The notes under the pieces: generated by a model | What the model was told of the DNA's origin: nothing | Databases searched by the model: none | Seen by the model: only the letters and a program-made list of their open reading frames with translations | Made by a program: the position numbers and the translations under genes | Origin: Steroidobacteraceae bacterium | GTDB lineage: Bacteria > Pseudomonadota > Gammaproteobacteria > Steroidobacterales > Steroidobacteraceae | Direction of reading: 5' to 3' | Assembly: GCA_049517075.1 (NCBI GenBank) | Contig: JBEKSM010000032.1 | Location: 2,169-66,168, forward strand | Length of the DNA stretch: 64,000 bases | In this document: positions 9,278 to 19,513 of the stretch, one piece after another | How the letters are laid out: each line of letters opens with the position of its first letter | How positions within the stretch are numbered: position 1 is the first letter of the stretch

Positions 9278-10051
9278 ATGAAGACGACCGGAATGATTGT
9301 GGGGACGTTGGTGTCACTGATGGCCTGCGTTGGCACGCGCGCGCAATCGCCCGCTTCGCCCACCGCGGCCGTGACCATCGTGCTCGTTCACGGGGCACTC
9401 AGCGATGGCTCGAGCTGGCGCGGCGTTTATGACGTGCTGACCCGGGACGGTTTTCGCGTCAGAATCGTGCAGCAGCCGCTGACCGGGCTCGACGAGGACG
9501 TCGCCGCGACCAGGCGCACGCTCGACGAGCTCGACGGCCCCGTCGTCCTCGTCGGCCACAGCTACGGCGGCTCGATCATCACCGTTGCCGGTAGCGACCC
9601 CAAGGTGAAGGCACTCGTCTATGTGGCCGCGCTCCAACCCGATGTCGGCGAGACCAGCGCCGAGGTGGCTGCCCCAATGAAGCCGGCGAGTGACGATTTG
9701 GAAACGACCAAGGATGGCTTCGTCTTCGTCGATCCGGCGAAGTTTGCCGCCGACGTCGGCGCGGATCTGCCCAAGGCGACGGCCGAGTTCATGGCACATT
9801 CGCAAATGCCCATTCTCGGCGCCGCCTTCAGCACCAAGCTGTCCGTCGCAGCCTGGCGCGATAAACCGAGCTACGCGATCCTCGCCACCGAGGACCGCGA
9901 GCTGGACCCAGTGATTGCGCGGCGAATGGCCAAGCGCGCCGGATCGAAGCTGACTGTCCTCAAGGGGAGCCACCTCATCTACATTTCCCAACCCCGCGCG
10001 GTCGCGCGGGTCATCGAGACGGCGGTGCGCGCCAATGCCCAGGCACGCTGA
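9278..10051 (+). CDS. secreted alpha/beta hydrolase
   Basis: Within ORF 9236..10051. ATG 9278 follows GGAG. Signal peptide MKTTGMIVGTLVSLMACVGTRAQS. VLVHGALSDGSSW and nucleophile elbow LVGHSYGG. Confidence 0.8.
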   Translation: MKTTGMIVGTLVSLMACVGTRAQSPASPTAAVTIVLVHGALSDGSSWRGVYDVLTRDGFRVRIVQQPLTGLDEDVAATRRTLDELDGPVVLVGHSYGGSIITVAGSDPKVKALVYVAALQPDVGETSAEVAAPMKPASDDLETTKDGFVFVDPAKFAADVGADLPKATAEFMAHSQMPILGAAFSTKLSVAAWRDKPSYAILATEDRELDPVIARRMAKRAGSKLTVLKGSHLIYISQPRAVARVIETAVRANAQAR

Positions 10052-10100
10052 CCCGCAATCGCTAGGGGCTCCGTGCCAAAATGAGTATACGACCGGGCGC

Positions 10101-10700
10101 TCAATATTTGACGCTGCACCCATATGGCCGCGTCACGGGATGGGCGACCGCCTGCCCCTCGACGACCGCGAGCATGGCCTCCTTCAAATACGGCTCGGCG
10201 CTGCGGATATCGCTCGCCTCAGCGCTCGCGATGCTGTCGATGCCGCCCATGTACTGCAGCGTGCCGTGCTGGTCGACGACGAACATATGCGGCGTCGTCT
10301 TGGCATGATATAGCCGACCGACGGTCCCCGTCGGGTCCAGCAGAACTGCAGTGGGTTTGGCGCCGCGCGACCGCGTGATTTCATCGGCACCAGGACCGGT
10401 CACGTACCCCTGTTTGCCGGGAGCCGAGGAGATGACGCTGAGCCAGACCACGTCATTTTTTTGCGCAAGTGCTTGAAGGTCTTGCATGTTGCCGCTGGCG
10501 TAGTGCTTGCGCGTATAGGGACAGTCCGCATTGGTCCATTCGAGCACCACCACTTTGCCGAGAAAATCGCTGATGTGGCGCGAGTGCCCCTGGCTGTCGA
10601 CGGCCGTGAAGTCCGGCGCTGACTGCCCAATTTGAGGGGCGTCGGCCAAGGCTGCGCAGCAAAAAAGAGTCGTCATTGTGACAGCGGCGAAACGGCGCAT
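10101..10700 (-). CDS. secreted thioredoxin-fold (redoxin/AhpC-TSA-like) protein
   Basis: ORF track, 199 aa. Signal peptide. APDFTAVDSQG...GKVVVLEWTNADCPYTRKHY and the C-terminal YGCSVKY characteristic of this redoxin subfamily. Confidence 0.7.
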   Translation of the reverse strand: MRRFAAVTMTTLFCCAALADAPQIGQSAPDFTAVDSQGHSRHISDFLGKVVVLEWTNADCPYTRKHYASGNMQDLQALAQKNDVVWLSVISSAPGKQGYVTGPGADEITRSRGAKPTAVLLDPTGTVGRLYHAKTTPHMFVVDQHGTLQYMGGIDSIASAEASDIRSAEPYLKEAMLAVVEGQAVAHPVTRPYGCSVKY

Positions 10701-10898
10701 AAAACACCCTGCTGTGATTCTGGGCTGGTGCTCGCTTAGTACCGCAAACGGCTGCGGCGTTCAACTTGGCCGTTGCGCCGAGTGACCGACCGCTTAGATA
10801 TCCGCACGGTGGTACGGGAACGAAGTCCGCGTGAGCCATCACGGCTGCTGCGCTTGATTACTAGCTGCGTTTGACGGCCGCGCGCGCGTCGAATCACA

Positions 10899-11114
10899 TC
10901 AAATTCGACGCGCTGATGCAAAGCGCCTTAATTTCTGAGCGTCGGTCAGGTCTTTCTCGACGTCACCGAATTTCCCTTGAACCTTGCCTAGATTTTTCTG
11001 AATCTTTCCCTTGGCTTCCAACGTTTTGTCGCCCGTGATCTTGCCGGCGGCTTCCTTAATGGATCCCTTCGTCTCTTCGACGCGGCCCTTCACTTGATCT
11101 TTGTTCATGCTCAT
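10899..11114 (-). CDS. CsbD family general stress protein
   Basis: ORF track, 71 aa. MSMNKDQVKGRVEETKGSIKEAAGKITGDKTLEAKGKIQKNLGKVQGKFGDV is the canonical CsbD repeat pattern. Confidence 0.85.
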   Translation of the reverse strand: MSMNKDQVKGRVEETKGSIKEAAGKITGDKTLEAKGKIQKNLGKVQGKFGDVEKDLTDAQKLRRFASARRI

Positions 11115-11423
11115 GAGGATTTCCTTTTGACAATTACCGACAAGCGGCCGGCACGCCCCGCATCAAAAAGGGCGGGCATTTCCATGCGCGCCAACTTAGA
11201 GCTGCGGGCCATTGCGGTCTGTACGTTGCCTAACGTGGTTGCATAAGACCGCTCTCAGGCACACCGTTCAGGTTGCAAGCGGCGGATCGAGAACCTCAAG
11301 CGTTACGGACGCAAGCGCACAGACTGCCGGCGCACAGGTGCATATCGTCGCCGCGTTCAGTGCTCATCGCCTGACCATTTTGGCAACGCCCGCGCACCAA
11401 ATCGACCAATGCGGAATGCGATC

Positions 11424-13490
11424 ATGAATCCACAACTCGATCAGCTATGTGTCAATACCATCCGCTTCCTGGCAGTCGATATGGTGCAAAAGGCGGACAG
11501 CGGCCATCCCGGCCTGCCGCTCGGTGCGGCTCCAATGGCTTACGTGTTGTGGACGCGCTTTCTCAAACATAACCCGCGCAATCCCGATTGGGCCGATCGA
11601 GACCGCTTCGTACTGTCGGCTGGGCACGGTTCGGCGCTGCTCTATAGTCTCTTGCATCTGACCGGCTATGCACTCTCTCTGGATGACATTCGGCAATTCC
11701 GCCAGTGGGGCAGCAAGACTCCCGGGCACCCCGAACGCGGGCACACGCCGGGCGTCGAAGTAACGACCGGGCCGCTGGGACAGGGCCTCTGCAATGCGGT
11801 CGGCATGGCGATTGCCGAGGCGCAACTCGCCGCGCGTTACAACCGCGCCGGGCATGCGCTGATCGATCATCACACCTACGCCATTGTCAGCGACGGCGAT
11901 CTCATGGAAGGCGTGGGCGCAGAAGCGGCATCGCTCGCGGGGCACCTCGGGCTCGGCAAACTGATCTGTCTATACGATGACAATCACGTCACGCTATCCG
12001 CCGGTACCGATGTCGCGTTCACCGAAGATCGCGCGGCGCATTTTGACGCCTGCGGGTGGCACACGCTACGGGTCCAGGATGGCAATGATCTCGGCGCGAT
12101 CGAAGTCGCAATGACTCGAGCGCGCGCTGAAGAAACGCAACCGTCCCTGATCCTGATTCGCACGCACATCGGCTACGGCTCGCCCGAGCAAGACAGTTAT
12201 AAAGCGCACGGCTCGCCATTGGGAGTCGATGACGTACGCAAGACCAAGGAACGACTGCAATGGCCGACCGACCCGCCATTTCTCATTCCGGATTCAGCGC
12301 TTGCGCACTTTCGAGAAGCCATTAGTCGCGGCGAGAGCAGCGAAACCGCATGGAACGGCCGCCTCGGCGCCTACCTCGATGCATTTCCCGCACTGGCCGC
12401 CGAATTTCAGGGCAGCCTTCGCGGCGAGCTGCCCGCGCGGTGGGATCAGGATATTCCCGTGTTTCCACCGGACTCAAAAGGAATCGCCACGCGCGAATCC
12501 TCGGGCAAGATCATGAATGCAATCGCGCCGCATCTACCGGCATTGACCGGTGGTTCGGCCGATCTCGATCCGTCGACGAAGACTGCGCTAAAGGGTTTCG
12601 GCGACTTCAATCCGCCGGCCAAGAAAGAGCAGGATACCCAAGGCTCCGACGCAGCGGGCTGGAGCTATGCCGGGCGCAATCTTCATTTCGGTGTGCGCGA
12701 GCACGCGATGGGCGCGATCGCCAACGGTCTCGCGGCGCACGGCGGCATCATTCCGTTCGGCTCGACATTCTTGATTTTCTCCGATTATATGCGCCCGGCA
12801 ATCCGTCTCGCGGCGCTGTCGCGCCTGCACGTGATCCACGTCTTTACCCATGACAGCATCGCGGTCGGCGAGGATGGCCCCACGCATCAGCCCATCGAGC
12901 AATTGGCTAGCCTTCGTGCGATCCCGAACCTGACCCTACTGCGCCCTGGTGATGCCAACGAAACCGCCGTTGCGTGGCAGATCGCGCTAACGACCAAGAG
13001 CCGCCCGGTACTGCTGGTCTTGACTCGCCAAGCAGTGGCGACCTTGGACCGCGGCCGCTATGCGTCCGCAGAGGGCGTGCGTCAAGGGGCTTATGTGCTC
13101 AGCGACGCAACCAACGCACGGCCGCAATTGATCTTGATTGCGAGCGGCTCCGAGCTTGGCTTGATCGTCGCAGCCGCGGAACGTCTACAGAGCGAGGGCG
13201 TCGCGGTGCGCTGCGTTTCGATGCCAAGCTGGGATCTGTTCGATGCGTTGCCGCAGACCGCTCGCGACGCGGTACTGCCGCCGTCGGTGCGCGCCCGCCT
13301 CGCGGTCGAGGCGGGCTCCCCGCAGGGATGGCATCGCTATGTCGGGGATTCGGGTGAGGTGCTTGGCATCGACCGATTCGGCGCATCTGCGCCTGGCGAG
13401 ACCGTGCTGCGAGAGTATGGATTCAGCGTCGAGAACGTGCATGCGCGCGCAAAGGCGCTGCTAACCCGGTGTTCTGGTGGTCCGCGGTGA
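11424..13490 (+). CDS. tkt: transketolase
   Basis: Within ORF 11409..13490, starting at [91 protein letters not shown]. Confidence 0.95.
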   Translation: MNPQLDQLCVNTIRFLAVDMVQKADSGHPGLPLGAAPMAYVLWTRFLKHNPRNPDWADRDRFVLSAGHGSALLYSLLHLTGYALSLDDIRQFRQWGSKTPGHPERGHTPGVEVTTGPLGQGLCNAVGMAIAEAQLAARYNRAGHALIDHHTYAIVSDGDLMEGVGAEAASLAGHLGLGKLICLYDDNHVTLSAGTDVAFTEDRAAHFDACGWHTLRVQDGNDLGAIEVAMTRARAEETQPSLILIRTHIGYGSPEQDSYKAHGSPLGVDDVRKTKERLQWPTDPPFLIPDSALAHFREAISRGESSETAWNGRLGAYLDAFPALAAEFQGSLRGELPARWDQDIPVFPPDSKGIATRESSGKIMNAIAPHLPALTGGSADLDPSTKTALKGFGDFNPPAKKEQDTQGSDAAGWSYAGRNLHFGVREHAMGAIANGLAAHGGIIPFGSTFLIFSDYMRPAIRLAALSRLHVIHVFTHDSIAVGEDGPTHQPIEQLASLRAIPNLTLLRPGDANETAVAWQIALTTKSRPVLLVLTRQAVATLDRGRYASAEGVRQGAYVLSDATNARPQLILIASGSELGLIVAAAERLQSEGVAVRCVSMPSWDLFDALPQTARDAVLPPSVRARLAVEAGSPQGWHRYVGDSGEVLGIDRFGASAPGETVLREYGFSVENVHARAKALLTRCSGGPR

Positions 13491-13592
13491 TTGTCACGGC
13501 ATCGAGACCGCGAGATTCCATGCAGTGGCGGCAATATGTACGGCAGCGCATAGAGCCGGTCGGCGTTCGGCCTTAGATTCTCGTCACACGGC

Positions 13593-13850
13593 GTGAAGCG
13601 TCTCTTGAGGAGCAGTCCAATCATGGAATCCATTACTGAAGCACTCGAGCTGCTGAAACGCCAGGCGATACTCGAGCACCGAATGCGCCAGGCAGGCGGG
13701 ATTCGCGTCATCGAAGAGCGCGAACTTTACGCGGTGCGCGAGCGCGTGCAGCATTATCCGCAAGCAGTGGCGGCGATTCTCGCAATGGCCTCCGATCTGC
13801 ATCGACCCGTGGATACGCTATCCACCGCGGACCTGCGTAATTTGTCGTAG
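13593..13850 (+). CDS. hypothetical small helical protein
   Basis: ORF track, 85 aa (GTG start; an internal ATG at MESITEALELL is possible). No recognisable motif. Retained only because its composition is protein-like and no better overlapping ORF exists. Confidence 0.3.
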   Translation: MKRLLRSSPIMESITEALELLKRQAILEHRMRQAGGIRVIEERELYAVRERVQHYPQAVAAILAMASDLHRPVDTLSTADLRNLS

Positions 13851-14040
13851 CTTCCAAGCCGCCACGATCCGTAAGAGTTGCGAAATGAGCTACGGCTCGC
13901 TTCGGTGTGATTATCGGTGCCTATGAGTACATTCGGTGATGTCAGCGGGCACTGACGAGTGACACAGCCAATTGCCGGCTGATCAATTTTGGCTTTAGGC
14001 ACACGATTCAGTTCTGCCCACCTAGCAGTGAGGACATTCT

Positions 14041-14652
14041 ATGAGTTCTGAACGCCCCGAGGAATTCTCCCAGCCGTCGGCAAGCAGCGGCCCACAAACG
14101 GCCGGCGACCATCGTGGATCCGCCGACGATTCTGCGCATCAAGAAACCACCGTCCTGGTGCGCGGTGAGACCATCCGAGATCAGGATAAGTCTCCGCGCA
14201 AGGAGGTTTCGGAGGCCAAAGTCAAAATGCAGAATCGTCTTCCGGCCCTCGATGACGATGCCGACGTCGGGGTTACGAAAGAGCAGATCGTGATCAGAGA
14301 CGGCAAAGCGGACCTCGCATTTAACGGAAAGCTGCTCGCCTCCGCAGCGCCATCATCAGCACCCAAGGGGCAGTGGCAGGAATACCGGATTTATGAGACG
14401 CATGGCGGGCTGCACGTGTTTTCAAAGGTGACCCGGAGCGTGTTCATGGGAGACCAAGATACTCACGTCGCAGAAGTGTTTGACCCTTCTCCCTCTTCGG
14501 TGCCGTCACAGCTGCTGCGAAGCGCGCGCGATCTCGCCCGCTCGCGGCCGATGACATGGATGGATGCAGCCGCCGCGTTTTTTGGATACGACCCACTGGC
14601 CAAGGCTCTCTATCGAAAAGTCAGCGGCCAATTCGAGGAGCGCATCAGTTAG
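14041..14652 (+). CDS. hypothetical protein
   Basis: ORF track, 203 aa. Disordered acidic N-terminus followed by a folded-looking C-terminal half (QIVIRDGKADLAFNGKLLA...WQEYRIYETHGGLHVFSKVTRS). No family assigned with confidence. Confidence 0.5.
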   Translation: MSSERPEEFSQPSASSGPQTAGDHRGSADDSAHQETTVLVRGETIRDQDKSPRKEVSEAKVKMQNRLPALDDDADVGVTKEQIVIRDGKADLAFNGKLLASAAPSSAPKGQWQEYRIYETHGGLHVFSKVTRSVFMGDQDTHVAEVFDPSPSSVPSQLLRSARDLARSRPMTWMDAAAAFFGYDPLAKALYRKVSGQFEERIS

Positions 14653-14723
14653 TAAGCCTGGACCCAGGCGGGGCTGGGCTATTGACGAAGTGCATCCATG
14701 TCGGCGTGCATGCGCCTTTTAAA

Positions 14724-15146
14724 TTAGATCGATAGCAGGCGTTCAAAAAAGGAGCGGTAGCGTTGAAACGCCAATCGCCGATTCTCGGTCGATGACTTTT
14801 CGGTCTGGTCCGTCGGACTTTCGAGCTCTGCGCGTTGCTTGGAGAACGACTCCGACAGACTCTTGATGACCTGGGCGACGAGGTCATCGCCCGCGCGGAC
14901 GGCTTGCTCAGGGTCATCGACAAAACCTCTTTGAATGACATCCCATCGCGAGCGAAAATCGGTCGTCGCGTGTTGCGTAAATAGCGGAGCGAGAGTTTTC
15001 TCATGCGTCGTCTTAACGACTCCGTCGGTGTTTACGGTCATCACCGGTCGATCAGCTCCGTGCGCCAGTGACGGTTGGACGGTCGCGGTAGCCGACAGAT
15101 CCGCAGCGCTCAAATCTCGCGAGTCGCCATTCATTGGAGTATTCAT
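14724..15146 (-). CDS. conserved hypothetical protein
   Basis: Within ORF 14724..15302. ATG 15146 is preceded by AGGACAGGA. The segment FRSRWDVIQRGFVDDPEQAVRAGDDLVAQVIKSL...RLAFQRYRSFFERLL matches a widespread uncharacterised family as I recall it. Confidence 0.55.
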   Translation of the reverse strand: MNTPMNGDSRDLSAADLSATATVQPSLAHGADRPVMTVNTDGVVKTTHEKTLAPLFTQHATTDFRSRWDVIQRGFVDDPEQAVRAGDDLVAQVIKSLSESFSKQRAELESPTDQTEKSSTENRRLAFQRYRSFFERLLSI

Positions 15147-15350
15147 GATTGTTCCTGTCCTTAAGATAATCCGAGGTCCGCAAGTAGAATCTAAGGCTGG
15201 TCCGATCTTCGGCTTCCGTCTGTGCGCTGCCGCGCAGCCGCCAAGATCGCAGCGCCGCCTGAGTCCGTCGCGCCTGCAACTTTGGTACAGTCTCGGCGAC
15301 ATCGTCCCGTTATCCAGGCAGTGGTCATCGGAGACCCAGGGGGAAGCGTT

Positions 15351-16430
15351 GTGACAAAGCCCTGTCTCCTGTGCGGCGCTCTGTGGCTCTTGCTGGCTGG
15401 AATCTCATCAGCTGCGCAGACGCACCGTTACGGACCTGAGCTCGAGGGCTTCGCCTATCCCTACCCGATCCGGCGATACCACTTCACGTCGCAACAGGTA
15501 CAGCTGCAGATGGCCTATATGGACGTGCCCGGTACCGGCACCGCAAACGGTCGCATCGTTGTGTTACTGCACGGCAAGAATTTCTGCGGCGCCACCTGGC
15601 GGGACACGATCGCTGTGTTGAGCGATGCAGGATATCGAGTGATCGTGCCGGATCAGATCGGCTTTTGCGCATCCAGCAAGCCGGCTCATTATCAGTACAC
15701 GTTCCAGCAACTGGCAGCCAATACGCGAGCGCTGCTGTCCCATCTCGGAATCAGCCGCGCAACGATCGTCGGCCACTCCACCGGCGGCATGCTCGCGGCG
15801 CGCTATGCGCTGATGTTTCCGCAGGAGGTGCAACAGCTCGTATTGGTGAATCCCATCGGGCTCGAGGATTGGAAAGCGCTCGGCGTGCCAACTCGCACCG
15901 TGGATCAGTGGTTTGCCCGCGAATTGAAGCTGTCGGCAGACGGCGTGCGCCAATACGAAAAGTCGACTTACTACGTCAATTGCTGGAAGCCCGGGTACGA
16001 ACGCTGGGTCGACATGCTTGCCGGCCTCAATCGAGGCCCGGGCCACCGGCTCGTGGCGTGGAACTCCGCGCTGATCTACGACATGATCTTCACGCAGCCC
16101 GTCGTATACGAATTACCGTTGTTGCAAGTGGATACCGTATTGATGATCGGTGACGCCGATACCACCGCCATCGGCAGCGATATCGCGCCTCCCGAAGTCA
16201 AGGCACGGATCGGCCGGTACGCGATGTTGGGTCAGGAGGCCGCGCAGCATATTCCGCACGCGCGGCTGCTCGTCTTCCCTGGACTCGGCCATGCGCCTCA
16301 GCTGCAGGATCCCGAATCATTCCACAAAGCACTGCTCGAAGCCTTGGGCATGCCGCCTGGTCTCGTGGGTGTGAGCGCCGCCCCGGTCACCGCTAGCCGG
16401 CCTAGCGAGCCGTGCCCTCAACACCAGTAG
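15351..16430 (+). CDS. secreted alpha/beta hydrolase
   Basis: Within ORF 15222..16430. GTG 15351 follows GGGGGAAG. Signal CLLCGALWLLLAGISSAAQ. VLLHGKNFCGATW, nucleophile elbow IVGHSTGG, C-terminal GLGHAPQ. Confidence 0.8.
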   Translation: MTKPCLLCGALWLLLAGISSAAQTHRYGPELEGFAYPYPIRRYHFTSQQVQLQMAYMDVPGTGTANGRIVVLLHGKNFCGATWRDTIAVLSDAGYRVIVPDQIGFCASSKPAHYQYTFQQLAANTRALLSHLGISRATIVGHSTGGMLAARYALMFPQEVQQLVLVNPIGLEDWKALGVPTRTVDQWFARELKLSADGVRQYEKSTYYVNCWKPGYERWVDMLAGLNRGPGHRLVAWNSALIYDMIFTQPVVYELPLLQVDTVLMIGDADTTAIGSDIAPPEVKARIGRYAMLGQEAAQHIPHARLLVFPGLGHAPQLQDPESFHKALLEALGMPPGLVGVSAAPVTASRPSEPCPQHQ

Positions 16431-16800
16431 TGTGGACGATGATGCCGCTACTGAATCCGCGCGCAAAGCGGCGCACTTCGACCGACACCGGACGAAACGC
16501 GATCTCGAGCGCCGCGAGCGCACGCTCGGGATTGGCGACCGCGCCGCACATGAAGAGATCGATCGCGGCATAAGAATATTCCGGCCAGGTGTGAATCGAG
16601 ATGTGCGATTCTGCGAGCAGCGCCATGCCCGCGACGCCCATGCCCGGCCCAAAGTCGTGCAGCTCGATCTTGAGCAGCGTCGCGCCCGCGGCGGTGACGG
16701 CCGCCTCGAGGCCTCTACGGATGCAATCTTCGTCGGCTAGGCCGGTAGCGCCGTAAAACTCCACGAGCCAGTGACGCCCCTCGGGCGCTGGAATGCTCAT
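16402..16800 (-). CDS. speD: S-adenosylmethionine decarboxylase proenzyme (small bacterial class)
   Basis: Within ORF 16402..16968, starting at MSIPAPEGRHWLVEFYG. Self-processing/pyruvoyl motif LLAESHISIHTWPE. 4-nt ATGA overlap with the upstream gene. Confidence 0.85.
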   Translation of the reverse strand: MSIPAPEGRHWLVEFYGATGLADEDCIRRGLEAAVTAAGATLLKIELHDFGPGMGVAGMALLAESHISIHTWPEYSYAAIDLFMCGAVANPERALAALEIAFRPVSVEVRRFARGFSSGIIVHTTGVEGTAR

Positions 16801-17894
16801 ACGCGCCCGGCCGCAGGTTGCAGGTTCCAGAACAGCGTTCTGCGCCACTCCGGATGGGTCCTCAACCGCCAGATGACCCCGTCGATGATGTAGTGGGTCA
16901 GTTGAGGCAAGGTCAGCAGCGGTACGACGATCGCAAGCACCGCGTCGCCGTTGATCTGCGGCAACCACGCGAACATCGGAAAAAGCCGTAGATGCTCACG
17001 CCAGACCAAGCCGTCCCATAGCCCCTCTTCCACGAACGCGAACAAAATCAACATCGCGATAGCCGCTGGTATGAAATGCACGAGGCGCGATCGGAATTCC
17101 GGATGCTGTCGTTCTTCGCCTTTCGCATAAACGAAGGTCAGTGCCATGTAGGGAATGCCGTGCGCAACCACGTTGGTCATCGTGAACACGAGATCGCCGG
17201 TGGCGGCGACGATGCCCACGTACCAGGACGCGGCCGTGCCAACAACGATGATGTTGCGAGGCAGGTTGACGGAACGGTGTGCGACGACCAGCCAGCACTC
17301 CTTGATGAGATAGATCGCGAGCACGGCCAGGTAGAGCGGCCAAATCATCGGCCATAGCTGACCCGGCAATTTCAGAAAATCACCATCGATGAACCACACG
17401 AATTGCCGCGGCATGTGCGTGTGCCAATAGATCAACGGGCCGAGCGTCGCCGCATAAATGGCGCACTTGTCGACGATCAGACAGATCGGCGGCAATGCGC
17501 GCTCGCTGCGCGCGTAGATCATCAGGAAGCCGTATTGCTGGCGCATGAAGTGGAATACCGCGGCGTACGCGAGCAAAGTCCAGAAGTAGGCGGCGCTCCA
17601 CGAATACAACAGCACGCCGAGTACCCACCCGGCGAGCGGCGTGAGGATCAGCCAGCCGGACAGGCGCCGGCGCTCGATGGGATCCAGGTAGGTACGAAAA
17701 ATCGTGCTATACACGTGCGCCACATCGACGCCGATGATGAGGATCGCCCACATCCAGATCGACAAGCCGCGGCCGCCGTGGCCTGTGCCGATCAAAACCA
17801 GCGAGAGCGCGGTCGCGACCAAGGCAGGTGCCAGAATGAAGGCGCCGTCGACGAACGGCGAGTGGATCCACGGCTGGCGATTTGAGGCCGTCAT
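16797..17894 (-). CDS. polytopic integral membrane protein of unknown function
   Basis: ORF track, 365 aa, about 9 hydrophobic helices, Trp/Tyr-rich. 4-nt overlaps with both neighbours (FAD oxidoreductase upstream, speD downstream). Confidence 0.6.
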   Translation of the reverse strand: MTASNRQPWIHSPFVDGAFILAPALVATALSLVLIGTGHGGRGLSIWMWAILIIGVDVAHVYSTIFRTYLDPIERRRLSGWLILTPLAGWVLGVLLYSWSAAYFWTLLAYAAVFHFMRQQYGFLMIYARSERALPPICLIVDKCAIYAATLGPLIYWHTHMPRQFVWFIDGDFLKLPGQLWPMIWPLYLAVLAIYLIKECWLVVAHRSVNLPRNIIVVGTAASWYVGIVAATGDLVFTMTNVVAHGIPYMALTFVYAKGEERQHPEFRSRLVHFIPAAIAMLILFAFVEEGLWDGLVWREHLRLFPMFAWLPQINGDAVLAIVVPLLTLPQLTHYIIDGVIWRLRTHPEWRRTLFWNLQPAAGRV

Positions 17895-19510
17895 GCTGCC
17901 GCACCGATCGCGCTCGACGCGAGTTCGCGTGCCGCGAGCTCACCCGCCGTACGACCACGGCAATAGGCTTCCTCGAAGATCGATATGCCGCTCAGGTCAG
18001 AGTGCGCGAAGAACACCGGCGGCATCTGCGCAAGTGCTGCCTGGCGCGCCGCGCCCCAGATGAAGCCTGGCGTCGGCCGCACCATACCGTGTCCCCAGAT
18101 GCACACGTCGATGTTTTCGATGTGCCGCTCGAGCTCCGGGTGGACTCGCAGCAGGTCCCCGATCACGATCGCTTGCCAATCCGACAGGGACCGGTCGAGC
18201 GCGGTTCGCCGCTCCGCATCGGGTGTGCCGGCGGACAACGGCCAGTAATAGGTGATCACGGTGCTCGTGCGCCGCTGCTCGAGTCCCTGGTGGGTCGCGA
18301 CCACGTAGCCGAGCAGCGGACTGTCATAAATCACGTTATCCCAGGCCAGCGCTTGACCCCTGCCGGCCGGGAGCCGGCTCAACGTGACATTCGCGACCAT
18401 CCAAGGCGAATATGAAAATCCCGTAGCGCTTGGCGCCGAAAACCCATCGACGACGCGCGCCGCGACGAATCGCGGCAAACACACGACCGCGGCCCGCGCC
18501 TCAACACGCACCGACCGCTGCAGGCTTGCGTCGAAATAGTCGAGCTGAACACCCGAATCCGCGCGTGCCACGCGGGTCACAAGCGCGTTGCCTTGAAAAG
18601 CCACCGCCGCGCGCGACGAGAGTTCCCGTACCAGATACCCATTGCCTTCGGGCCAGGTCACTACGCTCGAGGCATCCGCGTTCGCGGCCACGCCATTGCG
18701 CGACGCGAAATAATGCAGACCAGCCCAAGCGGAGACATATGCGGCGACTGCTCCGTAGTCGTCGCGGCAGCAGTAATCGGCATACCAGCGAACGCGCGGC
18801 GAATCGAAGCCCTGGTTGCGCAGATAGTCGGCAAATGAAATTCGATCGAGCTCGCGCCAGTTCGAATCCGCCGTGCTGTTCTCGACCGGGATCGCGAACA
18901 GCGGCTTGCCATCGCTGCCGACCCCATGCTTCATGCGTTCGGTCGCGGCAAAAAAGGCCGTGAATTGAGCCTCGTCGCGTGCCGACGATCCAATCACCGG
19001 CACAAAGCCCTCCTGCCAACGCCCATACATCCACAAGCGCTCCTGCGGATCCGATGAGATCGCGTATTCGTCGTAGATTGGCCGGCCCTGCTGGTCCGCT
19101 CCGACGATGATTCCGAGTTCGGAGAACAAGTTGAGCACGGGGGCGCAATCAGAACGCACCAACGGCACGTAATGCGCACCCCAGGGGTAGGCGCTCACCG
19201 AATTTCGTCCGCAACTCGCGTTGCCGCCCGGTTCCTCGAGCGCATCGAGTATCAGAACATCGCGGACTCCCTGTCGGCGCAGCGCGTACGCCGCCGCGAG
19301 CCCGGCGATACCTGCGCCCGCGATCACAACGCCGGCTTCGCGCGTGGAATCCGGCGCCGGAATCATGCGATCGCGCAACCGATGGCCGAGCGCAGCCGAC
19401 GGCCCGAGCAGGCGGCCCGGAACGGCGCGCGACGCCGCTCGGTCGCAGCCGGCCAACCAGCCGCCGGCCGCGGCCAGCGAACCGCGCAACAACGTACGGC
19501 GCGTGATCAC
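17891..19510 (-). CDS. Tat-exported FAD-dependent oxidoreductase (amine-oxidase-like)
   Basis: ORF track, 539 aa. Twin-arginine signal MITRRTLLRGSLAAAGGWLAGC. Dinucleotide fold VVIAGAGIAGLAAAYAL. Confidence 0.75.
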   Translation of the reverse strand: MITRRTLLRGSLAAAGGWLAGCDRAASRAVPGRLLGPSAALGHRLRDRMIPAPDSTREAGVVIAGAGIAGLAAAYALRRQGVRDVLILDALEEPGGNASCGRNSVSAYPWGAHYVPLVRSDCAPVLNLFSELGIIVGADQQGRPIYDEYAISSDPQERLWMYGRWQEGFVPVIGSSARDEAQFTAFFAATERMKHGVGSDGKPLFAIPVENSTADSNWRELDRISFADYLRNQGFDSPRVRWYADYCCRDDYGAVAAYVSAWAGLHYFASRNGVAANADASSVVTWPEGNGYLVRELSSRAAVAFQGNALVTRVARADSGVQLDYFDASLQRSVRVEARAAVVCLPRFVAARVVDGFSAPSATGFSYSPWMVANVTLSRLPAGRGQALAWDNVIYDSPLLGYVVATHQGLEQRRTSTVITYYWPLSAGTPDAERRTALDRSLSDWQAIVIGDLLRVHPELERHIENIDVCIWGHGMVRPTPGFIWGAARQAALAQMPPVFFAHSDLSGISIFEEAYCRGRTAGELAARELASSAIGAAA

Positions 19511-19513
19511 GGC

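Noticed and set aside
14041-14652. Possible membership of the 203-aa protein in the EXLDI protein family
   Set aside because: The idea rests only on a vague recollection of a similar ...RIYETHGG...-type beta segment. The protein ends in FEERIS, not in an EXLDI motif. That is too weak to annotate.
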